From: Eledone cirrhosa
Taxonomy: Eukaryota
Assembly: GCA_964016885.1 (NCBI GenBank)
Contig: OZ024740.1
Span: 206,150,001 to 206,214,000 of the forward strand
Reading direction: 5' to 3'
DNA: 64,000 nucleotides
Shown here: piece by piece, positions 37,051 through 49,319 of the stretch
Numbering within the stretch: the stretch's first letter is position 1
How the letters are laid out: each line of letters opens with the position of its first letter
Made by a program: the position numbers and the translations under genes
The notes under the pieces: generated by a model
Database searches by the model: none
What the model was told of the DNA's origin: nothing
What the model saw: only the letters and a program-made list of their open reading frames with translations

Positions 37051-37461
37051 AGCAGCTTCTGGTCCTCAAGCAATTATTCCCGAGAAGTTTTAACAGGCAG
37101 AGATCTTCTAAGAAGTCAAATCTCTCTAATATGTTGTTTTTTTTTTTTTTTAAGCTGTTAATTGTTCGAACGACTGCGTACTGTTATGTGGTGTTTAGCT
37201 AAATTCATCATTATCAAGCAGGCCTCTAGTCAGAGACATCCCTCGCCTTTTTCTTTTAAAACAACAAGGAGTAATTTAAGGGAGATCTGGCTGCTATTTC
37301 TAGCAGGTTGAACGATCACATAAATGTGCCCTTGCTAGATTATCACACGTGTTAATCCGACACGGAAGAGCGGTGCCTGTTATCACTTTAGTCTTTGACA
37401 CACTTTTAAAATTGTCTCAACAAAGGGTGGATAAAAGTCGACAATCTAAAAGCAAAACATT

Positions 37462-37638
37462 GGGCACTACAACGGAATTGGCTGTCAGAAGTGAAAGTAG
37501 AAGAATGTGGTGTCACGTATTTGCAACTTGAAAAATATGAATTCTACATTATACCCCAACGTAAATGGAATTAATCATCGCGATATTTCCATCGCTACCG
37601 CTAATGGTGTCGATTAGAAAAGGCACATTTCTAGAAAC
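37462..37638 (+). mobile_element. Deleted Merlin transposon remnant
   Basis: TIR-like GGCACTACAACGG..GCTGTCAG, plus MNSTLYPNVNGINHRDISIATA and VSIRKGTFLE matching the transposase at 47707. Confidence 0.75.
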
Positions 37639-37639
37639 A

Positions 37640-40187
37640 AACGACATCCAACACATTCCAGGCTCATTGAACACAGCGGCTGACGCCCTGTCTCGATTGC
37701 CGATCAGTTCGATTGCGTCATCCCACGACATCGATTTAAATCACTTGGCAGCAGACCAACCTGCACAGGAATCGTTGGATATTACATCAGCCGAATTTGT
37801 GACGAGTAGTTTGAAATACCTGCCATTGCCCACCGCAGACGGACAGATTCTCTGCGACGTTTCCGTGGATTCACCGAGACCATTCGTCCCGTTAAACCAT
37901 CGTCGTACTGTGTTTCTTGCTTTACACAGCATTTCCCACCCAGGATCTTCTGCCACAGTAAGGCTCATAACAGCCAGATTCTTCTGGCCAAATATGAGGT
38001 GCGATATTACTGCTTGGTGCCGTTCCTGCATCGCTTGCCAGAAATCGAAAATCCATAAACACGTTAAGGCTCCGCTCGGTACTTTCAGTAGACCGGACGC
38101 CCGTTTCTGGCACATTCATGTGCACATCGTGGGACTTTGGCCAGTCAGTAGTGGTCATACTTATCTATTGACTGTTATTGATCGTTTTTCGCGATGGCCT
38201 TGTAGCGGTTGTCTCCCTTGTTTGGATTAACATCTGGACGGGAAGTGGAACCCTTTCTGTAACTTCCGGCAGAGCCCTATAAAACGAATAGCTCTCGGTT
38301 CTCTGCCTCTCATTGCCCTTTCGGCACCAGGCCAAGAGTCTCTCATTTGGCCTTCCGGTGCCTGGCCTTAGTCAGGCGTCCTCTGCCAGCCGCGTTTGCC
38401 GGCGGGAGGTTATGTAGCGGTTGTCTCCCTTGTTTGGATTAACATCTAGACGGGAAGTAGAACCCTTTCTGTAACTTCCGGTCAGAACCCTATAAAACTA
38501 ACAACTTTAAGTTCTCATTCTCTCATTGCCCTTTCGGCACCAGGCCAAGAGCCTCTCATTTGCCTTCCGGCGCCTGGCCTTAGCCAGGCGTCCTCTGCCA
38601 GCCGCGTTTGCCTGGCAATCAAAACGGTAACGACTAACTTTGTTTCATTCTATCATCTATTTCTTTGACATGTCAACTATACTATCTACCATTGTTAATT
38701 AAATATTATACACTCAAATCATGTCTCGTTTTGTTACATTCATACAACCCAGTATCTTCGCTATAGCCTAAAGCCATACCCTTGAAAGACATCACTGCTG
38801 AAACAACAGTGCGTGCCCTAGTATCAGGATGGATTGTCCGCTTTGAAGTGCCAACCACGATTACAACGGACCGTGGAAGGCAGTTTGAATCGAATCTCTT
38901 CTATGAATTAACGAAGATCATGGGTGCTAAACGCATCCGAACAACTTCGTATCATCCTGCATCTAATGGAATGGTGGAGTGTTTCCACCGACAACTAAAA
39001 GCTGCTCTACGGACTTCTTCTGACTGTACGCGTTGGAGCGAGTACTTCCCCATTGTGTTGTTGGGGATCCGATCATCAATAAAGGTGGACCTTGGATTCT
39101 CCCCGGCCGAATTATTGTATGGTGCTCCTCTAGCGTTGCCTGTGAAAATGCTTGCCCCTGTCGATCTTGCTGCACAAGATCCGATTTCCTACGTGTCCCA
39201 TCTGTGTTCGTATTTCCAGGACCTGCCGCCGATGGACACGAGGAAACAAACTGTAAAAACTGCAGTCCCGAGGGATATTGCCTCATGGACCCACGTGTTC
39301 GTGAGGAACGATGCTGTGCGACCTCCTCTCACACAGCCGTACTCTGGACCCTCCCGTGTATTAGCCCAAACTGATAAACATTTCACAGTAGACATTGGGG
39401 GTTACAGAGAGACGGTTTCTATCGATAGACTTAAGAGGGCCCACACAGATGCTCACACACCTGAGCCACAAATGCCCCCATCTTTCTCCTTCGCACACAC
39501 ACCTGCTCCTTCTGCCCACATTCACCTACATACAAGACCACGACCCGGTCCGGTCGAAGAGACCACTGGCCCAAATAATTCTGCCAAACTTTTTTCATAT
39601 GAACTGGCCACTGGCCCAATAAAATTCTGCCAAATTTTCTTTTATATGAACTGTCCACTGGAGCCTTTTTGTTTGCTTTTTCATTGAACTATGTATGCAT
39701 ATACTTTTTGAATTTTTGTTACTCTTTCATGCCTGTGCTTGGATCCCATGCTTGTGGATTCGCTAGTTACCTTCGGGCTTTTCGCCTATCGTCTGGAGGA
39801 GGGTACTGTAGCACCCCCACCCTCTTGCGGGGGACATCAGAACTAAAATAAGACTTGCGTCCCTTACAGGAGGTAAAAGGAGTTACGCCACTATAAGTAA
39901 GAGGCTGAAAGATCAACTCCCTCTCTTTGATGCTTCGCAGCAGTCTCGTTAACAACACACCAGAATGCAGAGCAAATCCTCAACTCACCACAGCCTAAGG
40001 AGACTGCAGCCTCCTCACAAAGAATGGTAAAATATATGTATGTTTCATTATTCACTTCCATGAAGTAAAACACAAATATGTTTACTAATACCAACCATTC
40101 TAAACGCCAAATACTATAGTGGTAACCAAAGGTAATTTGTTAAATGTTAGTTTCTTTCTGACTAAGCGCCGATATATTATTACTATA
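37640..40187 (+). mobile_element. Gypsy/Ty3 LTR retrotransposon 3' part (RNase H end, integrase, PPT, probable 3' LTR)
   Basis: ADALSR, HHCC finger, IDRFSRWP|KAIPLKDITAE, ITTDRGRQF, YHPASNGMVE, VSIDRLK; PPT GGAGGAGGG then TGTAG at 39807. The LTR end is approximate. Confidence 0.88.
38201..38765 (+). mobile_element. Nested, internally deleted LTR element (partial 5' LTR + PPT + 3' LTR)
   Basis: 4-bp TSD GCCT (38197-38200, 38766-38769); termini TGTAGCG..CGCTATA; repeats start at 38201 and 38413. Confidence 0.85.
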
Positions 40188-40439
40188 TTATATAGTGGTG
40201 AGAAACTCTTGGAAGAGCAGGACAGCAGAAGGTCTTCAGAGAAGAACTCACCCTCAAACAAGTGTTTCAGCTCTTAACTTCTCACACTCTACGGGGACCA
40301 AGCAGCATCCAGTCAGACTCCTGGGATCCCCTTCTGTTGATGTTTAGCCATTCGGATATCGGAGATTTGTATATTTAAACTGTGTGGAGATTTTATTGAC
40401 AGGATTTAGCTGGAACTTCTCTCTGTTGCCTCAGATTTC

Positions 40440-40620
40440 CAAGCCTGTGGCATTCGAGAAGTTTGGGAGTTCGACAGCTAGCTGCAAGGTTCTTGTATTC
40501 ACTGGCGGCTTGCCTAACTGAGGTAACTGGTGATGCCCGTGAGGGTGCTTGGCTGTTCCAGCACATCAGTCTCGCCATCACCTGAGGTAACGCTGCGAGT
40601 GTGCTGGCTTGTCTCAAAAA
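40440..40620 (+). mobile_element. CRE-clade LINE 3' fragment
   Basis: LTEVTGDAREGAWLFQHISLAIT.GNAASVLAC. Confidence 0.75.
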
Positions 40621-41299
40621 CTATTAGAGCGGTTTTCCAGTGCTCCTTGCGATATCGTTATTTTTTTATCTGGTAGCGGTTCGTTTGTCCACCCTTTTCG
40701 CCTGCCCTTTGTTGTATGTGGTCCTGGGTGTGTGTATTACCAGCTTGCATGTGTGTGCGTGTTTTTTTGTTTGTTTTTCCTTTCCCTTTTCTTAATAAAT
40801 AATTGAATCTCGATCCGCTGTATTTAACAGGTCAGATCTTAATGATATATATAAACACTGTCAAAAGGAAAAAAACACTTTGTTATAGAAACTGGAGTCT
40901 AAGCTAAACACACCAGCTTTACATTTGGGGGAATGTATTTGCTTTAACTAAACAACCATGGCGATGTTTCACCTCGAGTTTATAAAATTAAAGTGAAAAG
41001 AAAAACCCAACAATAAACTGAAATTGAATGGAGCTTGAAAGTTGTATTGCAGCCTTAAACAATAATCTTTCTTTTCTCTGACTCATATCCGACTCCCTGG
41101 CTTTGTCGAGCTAATCTACTAGTTAGCAGCAACTGAATGCAGGTGGTCTATTGTGAGACACTAAATTAATATAAAAAGAGTATCGATATTTAAAAATTCA
41201 AATACCCACAGATGTTTTAGTTTTAAAATCGTAACAAGCAAAAACTATTTATGGACATCCTATTGAACTTTCATTTTACTAGCTTTTACTCTCTTTATA

Positions 41300-41940
41300 A
41301 GCGCGGCGATGTGAGACGGATGAGGCCCTACTACAGTGGGGAAAACTAGGTTTGTCAGTTCCTGATACTGATGAGGATAGGCGGAAGCAGAGAGTATGGG
41401 ACAATCTGCGTTCGAGTGATACCATCACTACTATTGCAAGCCCAAAATTCTCGGGGTACTGAATTGATGCCCTGCCTGTAGCCAACATTGGTGGTCTTCT
41501 CAGTCTAGACGAGCTCCGCATCTCTATTGCTCTCAGAGTGGGAGCCAACATATGTGGGAGTCTGAGATGTCGCTCTCGTAGGCCCTTCGACTCCACAGCC
41601 CTCCATGGTTTGTCTTGCCGCCTGAATTCTGGTGGCTTCGCCTGTCACACCAAGCCAAACCAGATCATTAAGCGGGCCATAGCTCTGGTAAATGTGAGAG
41701 TAACTGCTTCTGTGGCTGAACGGAATGAAATTCTAAAGTAACAGGACTTATAGGTAAACCATTTTTTTTTTCAGCCCGTGCGTTCAAGGCGTTTGGTGGA
41801 ACTGGTCCGCTGACAGCAGCATTCTTGTCATCGTTAGTGGCTAACCTTACCGAAGTGTCAGGTGATATCCGTGAGGGATGCTTGGTTGTTTCAGCGCCTT
41901 AACCTCATCATAACTCGAGCGTGTTGGATTGTCACAAAAA
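41300..41940 (+). mobile_element. CRE-clade LINE C-terminal (zinc finger / restriction-like endonuclease) remnant
   Basis: DALPVANIG..LDELRISIALRVG..C..HGLSC..H..NQIIKRA and LTEVSGDIREG.WLFQRL. Confidence 0.75.
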
Positions 41941-42039
41941 TTTCCGATGACTCTTGTGGTGTGTGACTGATTGACGTATTTAGTGTTGAATTGATGGTGT
42001 TTTTTTCTCTTGCTTTGATTATACATTATGTATTATATC

Positions 42040-43260
42040 TATAAGGTTCCTTGCAAGTTTGTGTTATGAGAGGAGCTGGGCTGTCAACTGATCACCATCT
42101 GCAACTTGAAACTACCTAAAGCCAAAGAAGCCCACAAAACTGGCAGGTCATGGCGACCTCCAGGATAAAGTGAGAAGCGTTGGTGGATAAGGAAGTAGGA
42201 CCAGGTATGTAGATACTATTGCATCCAAATTCAGAGGACTCCCTGCGCAAACTGAGGAAGTTGAGACAGTGTAGATTTTTCAGCTCAGGAGTTTCGGCTT
42301 CAGCTATTAAATGTTGCGGGCGAAAGAGGATTTGGCATGAGGACCCCTTTGTTCAATCAAAAAGTCAACGATGCCATCCGAGCAAAGAAGGGGGTCTACA
42401 AAGCTTGGCTTGAAAATGAGTCCTTCTTCTTGTACTTGCGGTACAAGCAGATACGAATAATCGCAGCAGAAACAGTAAAGGCGTCCAAAGACATTGGAGG
42501 ACTTTGGGGTTAAGCTGGAATCCGACTTCAGACCAGCAAATAAAGTGCTCTGGCAGACCATCCGCCGACTTCGCAATAAGAAGTCTTCTTCCACATCTGC
42601 TCTCAGGAATGCGTCTGGGGTTCTTTTCTCTTCAGAGAAGTGCATCCTCGCGAGGGGGAGAGAATACTTTGCTGATCCCCTAAACCCGATCACAACAGCA
42701 TCTCCTGATGTACATGAGGTGCATCTGGGAGCGATTACAAATCGCTTGGAGGCTGCGGTCACAAAGGCAGTGAAAGAGCTCGAATGTGGCAAGGTCGCTG
42801 AGGAAGATGAAATCCGGCCCGAGATGTTCACATGAAAATTGGGATTATCACTTACGCTTAGGTGCCTTTCCAGAGACGAAGGCTACCCAGTACACACGAG
42901 TCAGCCAGAGAATACCTTTTCTATTTAAAGCATCGGTTTTGGACCGATGGTCAGCTTCTTGTTTCCCTGATGTTTCTATATGAATGCCTAACTATCTGTT
43001 CAGATAAATGGTGCTAAATCGAAACCATTCGATGTGGGACTCGAACTCCAGCAAAGGTGCGTACTATCACCTCTCCTGTTCATTATTTTCATGAATAATA
43101 AAGCGCATAGCTCGGAGATCAGAGAGTCACTCCAGGTAGAGCTGCTACTTCTCTGAATTGAGAAATCATATCTCCTATACTATGCGGTTAGAATGTGTCA
43201 GGAAAGACTCGCTGAACAGATTTTATGGGCAAAACCAAGAAGAAGGTGGTTCCTAGCAAT
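42040..43260 (+). mobile_element. Deleted RTE-clade LINE (second family)
   Basis: LSTDHHL, GKVAEEDEIRPEM, LQQRCVLSPLLFIIFM. Confidence 0.75.
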
Positions 43261-44534
43261 AATTAATCAATTGCATGCATGTACTTCTATGTAATCTTAT
43301 ACATTTGTTATATGATAATTACCAATCTTTAGTTGTAGAAATGACATTATGTTTCAGTATAAAATGTCTAACATTATCGAAAGTATTCAATAAAAGGAAC
43401 GAAACTTTTACCATTATAATAGTAAAATAATAATAATATTTCCATCCATACTAATAATTATTAGTCTACCAGCTAGCAGTGTGTTTAACAACAATGGTGG
43501 TTTTTAAACTATGGATGGAATAAAGTATCATCTATTTTTAATTATTTCTCTTATTTCCATCCATAGATATAATTACAAACTGTTTGTTTAACCGGTGTTG
43601 ATCACTATTAGTGACAAGTGCGCTGAGGATAACGCGAATGATTTCTTTTAAAATGTTGACACAACATTAATGTGAAAAATTAAAATATTCAAAAAAAAAA
43701 AAAAGGTAAGAATATTGAATCTCATCCTATATTTTAATTTGGGTGATTATATATCGTATAAATACAGGGATGATTTTCATGTGTGATTTTTCAGAAAAGG
43801 CTCAATGACAGAGAAAGTTACCTTTTATGTAAACAAATTTAACAACCTGCTAGAAACGGCAGCTAAATTGCCTTCAAATTACACTCTTAAGAAAAATGAG
43901 ACATTGGATAATGTAGTTCTTGTTATATTAAGTATGAATAAAAAAAAGATGGGATGGTCATGGCTAGAATATCCTTGATTAATAGGTCTGGTCGATCAGA
44001 ACTGACAACGCAATAACATTGTAATGAAAATAAAAATTACATTAGATCTGTAGATATGTTATCAAAGAAGAATGTATAGACATGGTTATAATAATAGGAC
44101 ACGGTAAAAGACTCCACGTGTGCCATGTGTAGGCGTGAATTTTAACATTTTCTTGTTATATAAGACAACACGAGGTCAGCAATTTCAGTGAAAGGTTAAA
44201 GTCGATTATATCGACCCGGTATTTAACTGGTACTTTATGTTATCAATCCTGGAAGGATGAAAGGTGTACGTCACGTGTATTTGTATATATTTTCTGTCTA
44301 GTTTTGTGATAAAGTTTAATGGTCTTCTATGCAGGTATATATATATATGTATTACTTATATAGTGGCTATCAACTTGTTGCTGAATATGATCACCTTTTG
44401 CGTCTCCTTAATCTTTCACCTTATGGATTCTAGAACCTGTTACAGTCTTGCTGGTTCTATCGAAGATCCAACAGCTGTATGGCACAACTACAATTTAGTG
44501 CCCCGCCACCGGCGTTGATTCCTCATACAATCTA

Positions 44535-44702
44535 TAATAATTGTTTCTACTTTAGGCACAAGGCCAGCAATTACCCAGTGTATTACTGGTACTTTATTTT
44601 ATCGACCCTGTAAGGATGAAAGGCAAAGTCAACCTCGGCGGGATTTGAACTCAGATCGTAAAGGGACGTAACTATGCTGGAAAGCATGGCGTCCGACTCT
44701 CT
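44535..44702 (-). mobile_element. Young tRNA-derived SINE
   Basis: Almost identical to the 13203 copy. Confidence 0.88.
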
Positions 44703-44852
44703 AAATTTATAATAATACATATTTTTTAATGAAAGATTGCTGGGGTACATTTTCCATTTCGTAGAATATGGTTATATTTAACTTTAAGCAAAAGAAATAA
44801 TTTTTTAAAATCATTATTAATTATTATTGTACAGTTTCCGTTCATTAATTAA

Positions 44853-45003
44853 ATAATTGTTTCTACTTTAGGCACAAGGCCAGCAATTACCCAGTGCATT
44901 ACTGGTACTTTATTTTATCGACCCCGTAAGGATGAAAGGCAAAGTCAACCTCGGCGGGATTTGAACTCAGATCGTAAAGGGACGTAACTATGCTGCAAAG
45001 CAT
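44853..45003 (-). mobile_element. Young tRNA-derived SINE
   Basis: Almost identical to the 13203 copy. Confidence 0.88.
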
Positions 45004-45019
45004 AAATATATATATATAT

Positions 45020-46311
45020 ATATAAGTATGTACACGTACATACATATATGTATACAGACGTACAGTAGTATGTATATATATGTACATACATGCACACACA
45101 TATATATGTGTACGTATGAATTCACCGATCATTTATTATAATGCTCGGTGTGTTTGTAAACAAACATCCCGTATTAAGCCGTAGTGTCCAGCAACCATCG
45201 TTGCTCGTTTGTTCAACACTGACAAAGGAACGCTGTACTAGTTTCAAGCTTATTAGCTATCGTCAGCAACGTATACCTTCCTGCCAGATTGTTGAACATA
45301 TATACTTACCTTATGCATATTAACGGCTGAGTAGCCCAATTTGCATATCGAGTGGGTTAATCGGCCGGGTGCACCAAAAACGATAAACGGAAAAAATGAA
45401 ACGAAATTTCATTTCCCACTCTTAGTACGGCTGTTACTTAAATATAAGTATGTACACGTACATACATATATGTATACAGACGTACAGTAGTATGTATATA
45501 TATATATATATATACATACATGCACACATATATATATATGTACGTATGAATTCACCGAACATTTATTATAATGCTCGGTGTGTTTGTAAACAAACATCCC
45601 GTATTAAGCCGTAGTGTCCAGCAACCATCGTTGCTCGTTTGTTCAACACTGACAAAGGAACACTGTACTAGTTTCAAGCTTATTAGCTATCGTCAGCAAC
45701 GTATACCTTCCTGCCAGATTGTTGAACGTATATACTTACCTTATGCATATTAACGGCTGAGTAGCCCAATTTGCATATCGAGTGGGTTAATCGGCCAGGT
45801 GCACTGAAAACGATAAACGGAAAAAATGAAACGGAATTTCATTTCCCACTCTTAGTACGGCTGTTACTTAAATATAAGTATGTACACGTACATACATATA
45901 TGTATACAGACGTACAGTAGTATGTATATATATATACATACATGCACACATATATATATGTACGTATGGATTCACCGAACATTTATTATAATGCTCGGTG
46001 TGTTTGTAAACAAACATCCCGTATTAAGCCTTAGTGTCCAGCAACCATCGTTGCTCGTTTGTTCAACACTGACAAAGGAACACTGTACTAGGTTCAACAA
46101 TCTGGCAGGAAGGTATACTTGCTGACGATAGCTAATAAGCTTGAAACTAGTACAGCGTTCCTTTGTCAGTGTTGAACAAACTCATTTACAATGAGTGTAT
46201 ATATATATACATACTACTGTACGTCTGTATACATATATGTACGTGTAAATACTTATATTTAAGTAACAGCCGTACTAAGAGTGGGAAATGAAATTTCGTT
46301 TCATTTTTTCC

Positions 46312-46315
<4 letters not shown>
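45020..46315. repeat. ~425-bp tandem repeat (2.5 copies) followed by inverted unit fragments
   Basis: ATGCTCGGTGTGTTTG recurs at ~45141, ~45571 and ~45992; 46092-46181 and 46197-46315 are reverse complements of the unit. Confidence 0.9.
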
Positions 46316-46342
<27 letters not shown>

Positions 46343-46392
46343 GGCATTCCTTACTTTTGGCACAAGGCCATCAATTACCCAGTACATTACTG

Positions 46393-48092
46393 GGCACTAC
46401 AACGCTATTAGCTGTCAGTCCAAGCAGCCGATGGAAACAGGCGAATGTGACGTCACTCGTCAAACATCGTTTATTTCCGTATTACTACCACGCGTAAGTG
46501 GAGTTTTCACGCATTTTTTGGAGAGAGAGAGAGAGGGGAAGAGAGAGGAAGACTTAAAAGGGCCAAATTATAAAACAAATAGAAAACAAGTCATGGTTAT
46601 AAAGCATATCGATGTAAGTGGGGTTACTTAAATGAAAATATAGGTGGCCCTTAAAAGGGCCAAATTAGAAAACAAATTTAAGTTAATTAGAAAACAAGTC
46701 ATGGTTATCAAATAAATTTGATTTATTCATTTATATTTTCATTATTCACCAACCTTATTCAAAAGCATGTTTAGAAACATTTTTTTCACCAACCTTATTC
46801 AAATGCATGGAATCAGATGACGGATATGTTCTAATAACTTTTGGAAAATTTCTCCTTTAAATTCATACCGCCACATGAATTCAATGAGATGGTTTTGAAG
46901 CACATTTCTGGCTGTCCCGTTTTCCCTTTTATTCCTATTTTATACGTGTTTCCACAAGCATTCTATGTGATTCGTTGTGGCAAATGTTACTGGATCAACA
47001 AAATTGATCGAATGGTTCACCGTCAAATGTTGATAGCCTAGCTGATCGATCGTATTATAGGAACGCCATAGATCAGATATTCTGGTTGTCCCTGACAATA
47101 TACGATCCTGTATAATGGTTAAAAGTGTCTCCGCTGTCCTGTCTTCTACTGCTACTAAAATACATCTTCTGGTACTTCTTTCCAAAGCACCAAAAACCCA
47201 CTGTGTTTTCACAGAATGGCCACGATGGTATTTCCTTCTCACGAATGCGCTTTCATCAATCTCGACAATTCGGTTTGGCCCGCCAAGCTTAATGTTTTGT
47301 GCCACATAGTACTCTGCACATACATCACGGCAAAAATTTCGCCAATCTACTACGGCCACATTCGCGATACGACATTCCTCTGAAATCTTCTTGGCTAAAT
47401 CTTCTTTTGCCCAAAAATATAATATATCAACTATCTGTTCACACTTCAAATTGCTATTTTCTAAAAATGTGCCTTTTCTAATAGAAACCTGTTTTCTACA
47501 AGGTCTTTTACATGACCAGATAATCCCATCTGACACATTTTGTTTCGCTACTTCCAACATACGTTGACCACATGAAGGGCAGACCTTTTGTGTATTCAGA
47601 AGTCCGTGAATGTTCAACCAATTGACGGTATCTGCTGTAGTAGCGGTAGCGATGGAAAGATCGCGATGGTTAATTCCCTTAACACTTGGATATATTATAG
47701 AACTCATTTTTCAACTTGCAGATGCGTGTATTATCACAAAGTGAAGATTAAAGTTTATTTATTTACACGTGGTGTTGGTGATGATTGTTGCTGATTGGTG
47801 GGGATTGTCTCCATGGGGACTGTCTCCATGGGGACTGACGCTTGTCTCCATGGGCACTGTATCCATGCTTTTGAATAAGGTTGGTGAAAATAATTTGTTT
47901 TCTAAACATTTCTTCATAAATATATAGGGTTGGTGAAAAATATTTGATAACCTATATTTTCATTTAAGTTAACTCCACTGTTGGTGAAAATGACTTGTTT
48001 TTTATATTGATAACCATAATTATGAAAATATGTGACGTCATTCGTCAACCTTCCCCTACTTTCACTTCTGACAGCTAATACCATGAACTGTA
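46393..48092 (-). mobile_element. Merlin (IS1016/IS1595-related) DNA transposon
   Basis: Terminus GGCACTACAACGCTATTAGCTGTCAG at 46393; inner TIR match CTGACAGCTAATA at 48068; subterminal GGTTGGTGAA repeats; transposase ORF. Confidence 0.88.
46799..47707 (-). pseudogene. Merlin/ISXO2-like DDE transposase with one premature stop
   Basis: CPSC..WSC..C zinc finger, VEIDES, WVFG, ISDLWRSY, HLTVNHS..FVDP, TNHIECLW. TAA at 46942-46940, after which the frame continues (HLIEFMWR) to TGA at 46799. Confidence 0.88.
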
Positions 48093-48167
48093 AAAATACA
48101 GTTCATGGTATTAGCTGTCAGAAGTGAAAGTAGGGGAAGGTTGACGAATGACGTCACATATTTTCAT
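48022..48167. repeat. Perfect palindrome, 71-bp arms with a 4-nt loop
   Basis: 48022-48092 is the exact reverse complement of 48097-48167. Confidence 0.95.
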
Positions 48168-48176
48168 GTGTGTGTG

Positions 48177-49293
48177 CAAATTTCAATAATATTATGACAC
48201 CCTAATGGGGGTTAAACGCCCTATAGTGAAAAGTTTGGCCAATAAATGGAACAAGATTTTACGAACTCCTCCTATGATTTTGGAGATAGACCCCCATAAC
48301 CATATATATTCTGAAACTACATTGCCCAGGGTACTTGTATAAGTATATTTCATTTTAATCAAAGGGTTCATCGGGGGCACAAAACCGCCGCTGAAACTTT
48401 ACCTTCGATTTATATGAAATTTAAACCATAGGTAAATGACAAGATATGATGCCTATTCACAAAATTTCAGCAAATTTCAATAAAATTAAAATACCCTAAT
48501 GGGAGTTAAACCCCCTATTAGGGTTCACTGGTGGCACAAACCCCTGCTGAAAATGTTTTCCCTTCGATTTATATGCAATTTAAACCATAGGTAAACGACA
48601 AGATATGATGCCTATTCACATCATTTCAGCAAATTTCAATAAAATTACAATACCCTAATGGGAGTTAAACCCCCTATTAGGGTTCACTGGTGGCACAAAC
48701 CCCTGCTGAAAATGTTTTCCCTTCGATTTATATGCAATTTAAACCATAGGTAAACGACAAGATATGATGCCTATTCACAAAATTTTAATACTATAAGACA
48801 TCTTAATGGTGGTTAAACCCCCTATTAGGGTTCCCCGGGGGTACAAACCCCCACTGAAAACTTTTCCCTTTCGATTTATATGAAACTTAAACCATAGGTA
48901 AATGACAAGATAAGCCTATTCACAAAAGTTTTCAATTGATATTTTGAAAAAAATTATTTACAAAAAACAAAATAAGAATAAGATTTAATAATTGTTTCTA
49001 CTTTAGGCACAAGGCCAGCAATTACCCAGTGCATTACTGGTACTTTATTTTATCGACCCCGTAAGGATGAAAGGCAAAGTCAACCTCGGCGGGATTTGAA
49101 CTCAGATCGTAATAATGCAATTTTGATTTGATATATTACAAAAAATGATGTTTTCCAATTTTTCATGCATTATATTTTACATTGAGTAATATTGAGTTTT
49201 TCTCCATAAATTATATCACTGATTTAAAATCAATCATCATTTTCTTACAAAAAAAATGTGTGAAACGCAGCAAGGCGCTGGTAATTCGGCTAG
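48177..49293 (+). mobile_element. Non-autonomous Helitron-like element with internal ~159-bp tandem repeats and a nested SINE (48987-49110)
   Basis: Four related units in 48177-48926; 3' GC-rich hairpin-like segment followed by CTAG|T at 49290-49294. Confidence 0.65.
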
Positions 49294-49319
49294 TATATAT
49301 ATGTGAGTGTTTTTATATA

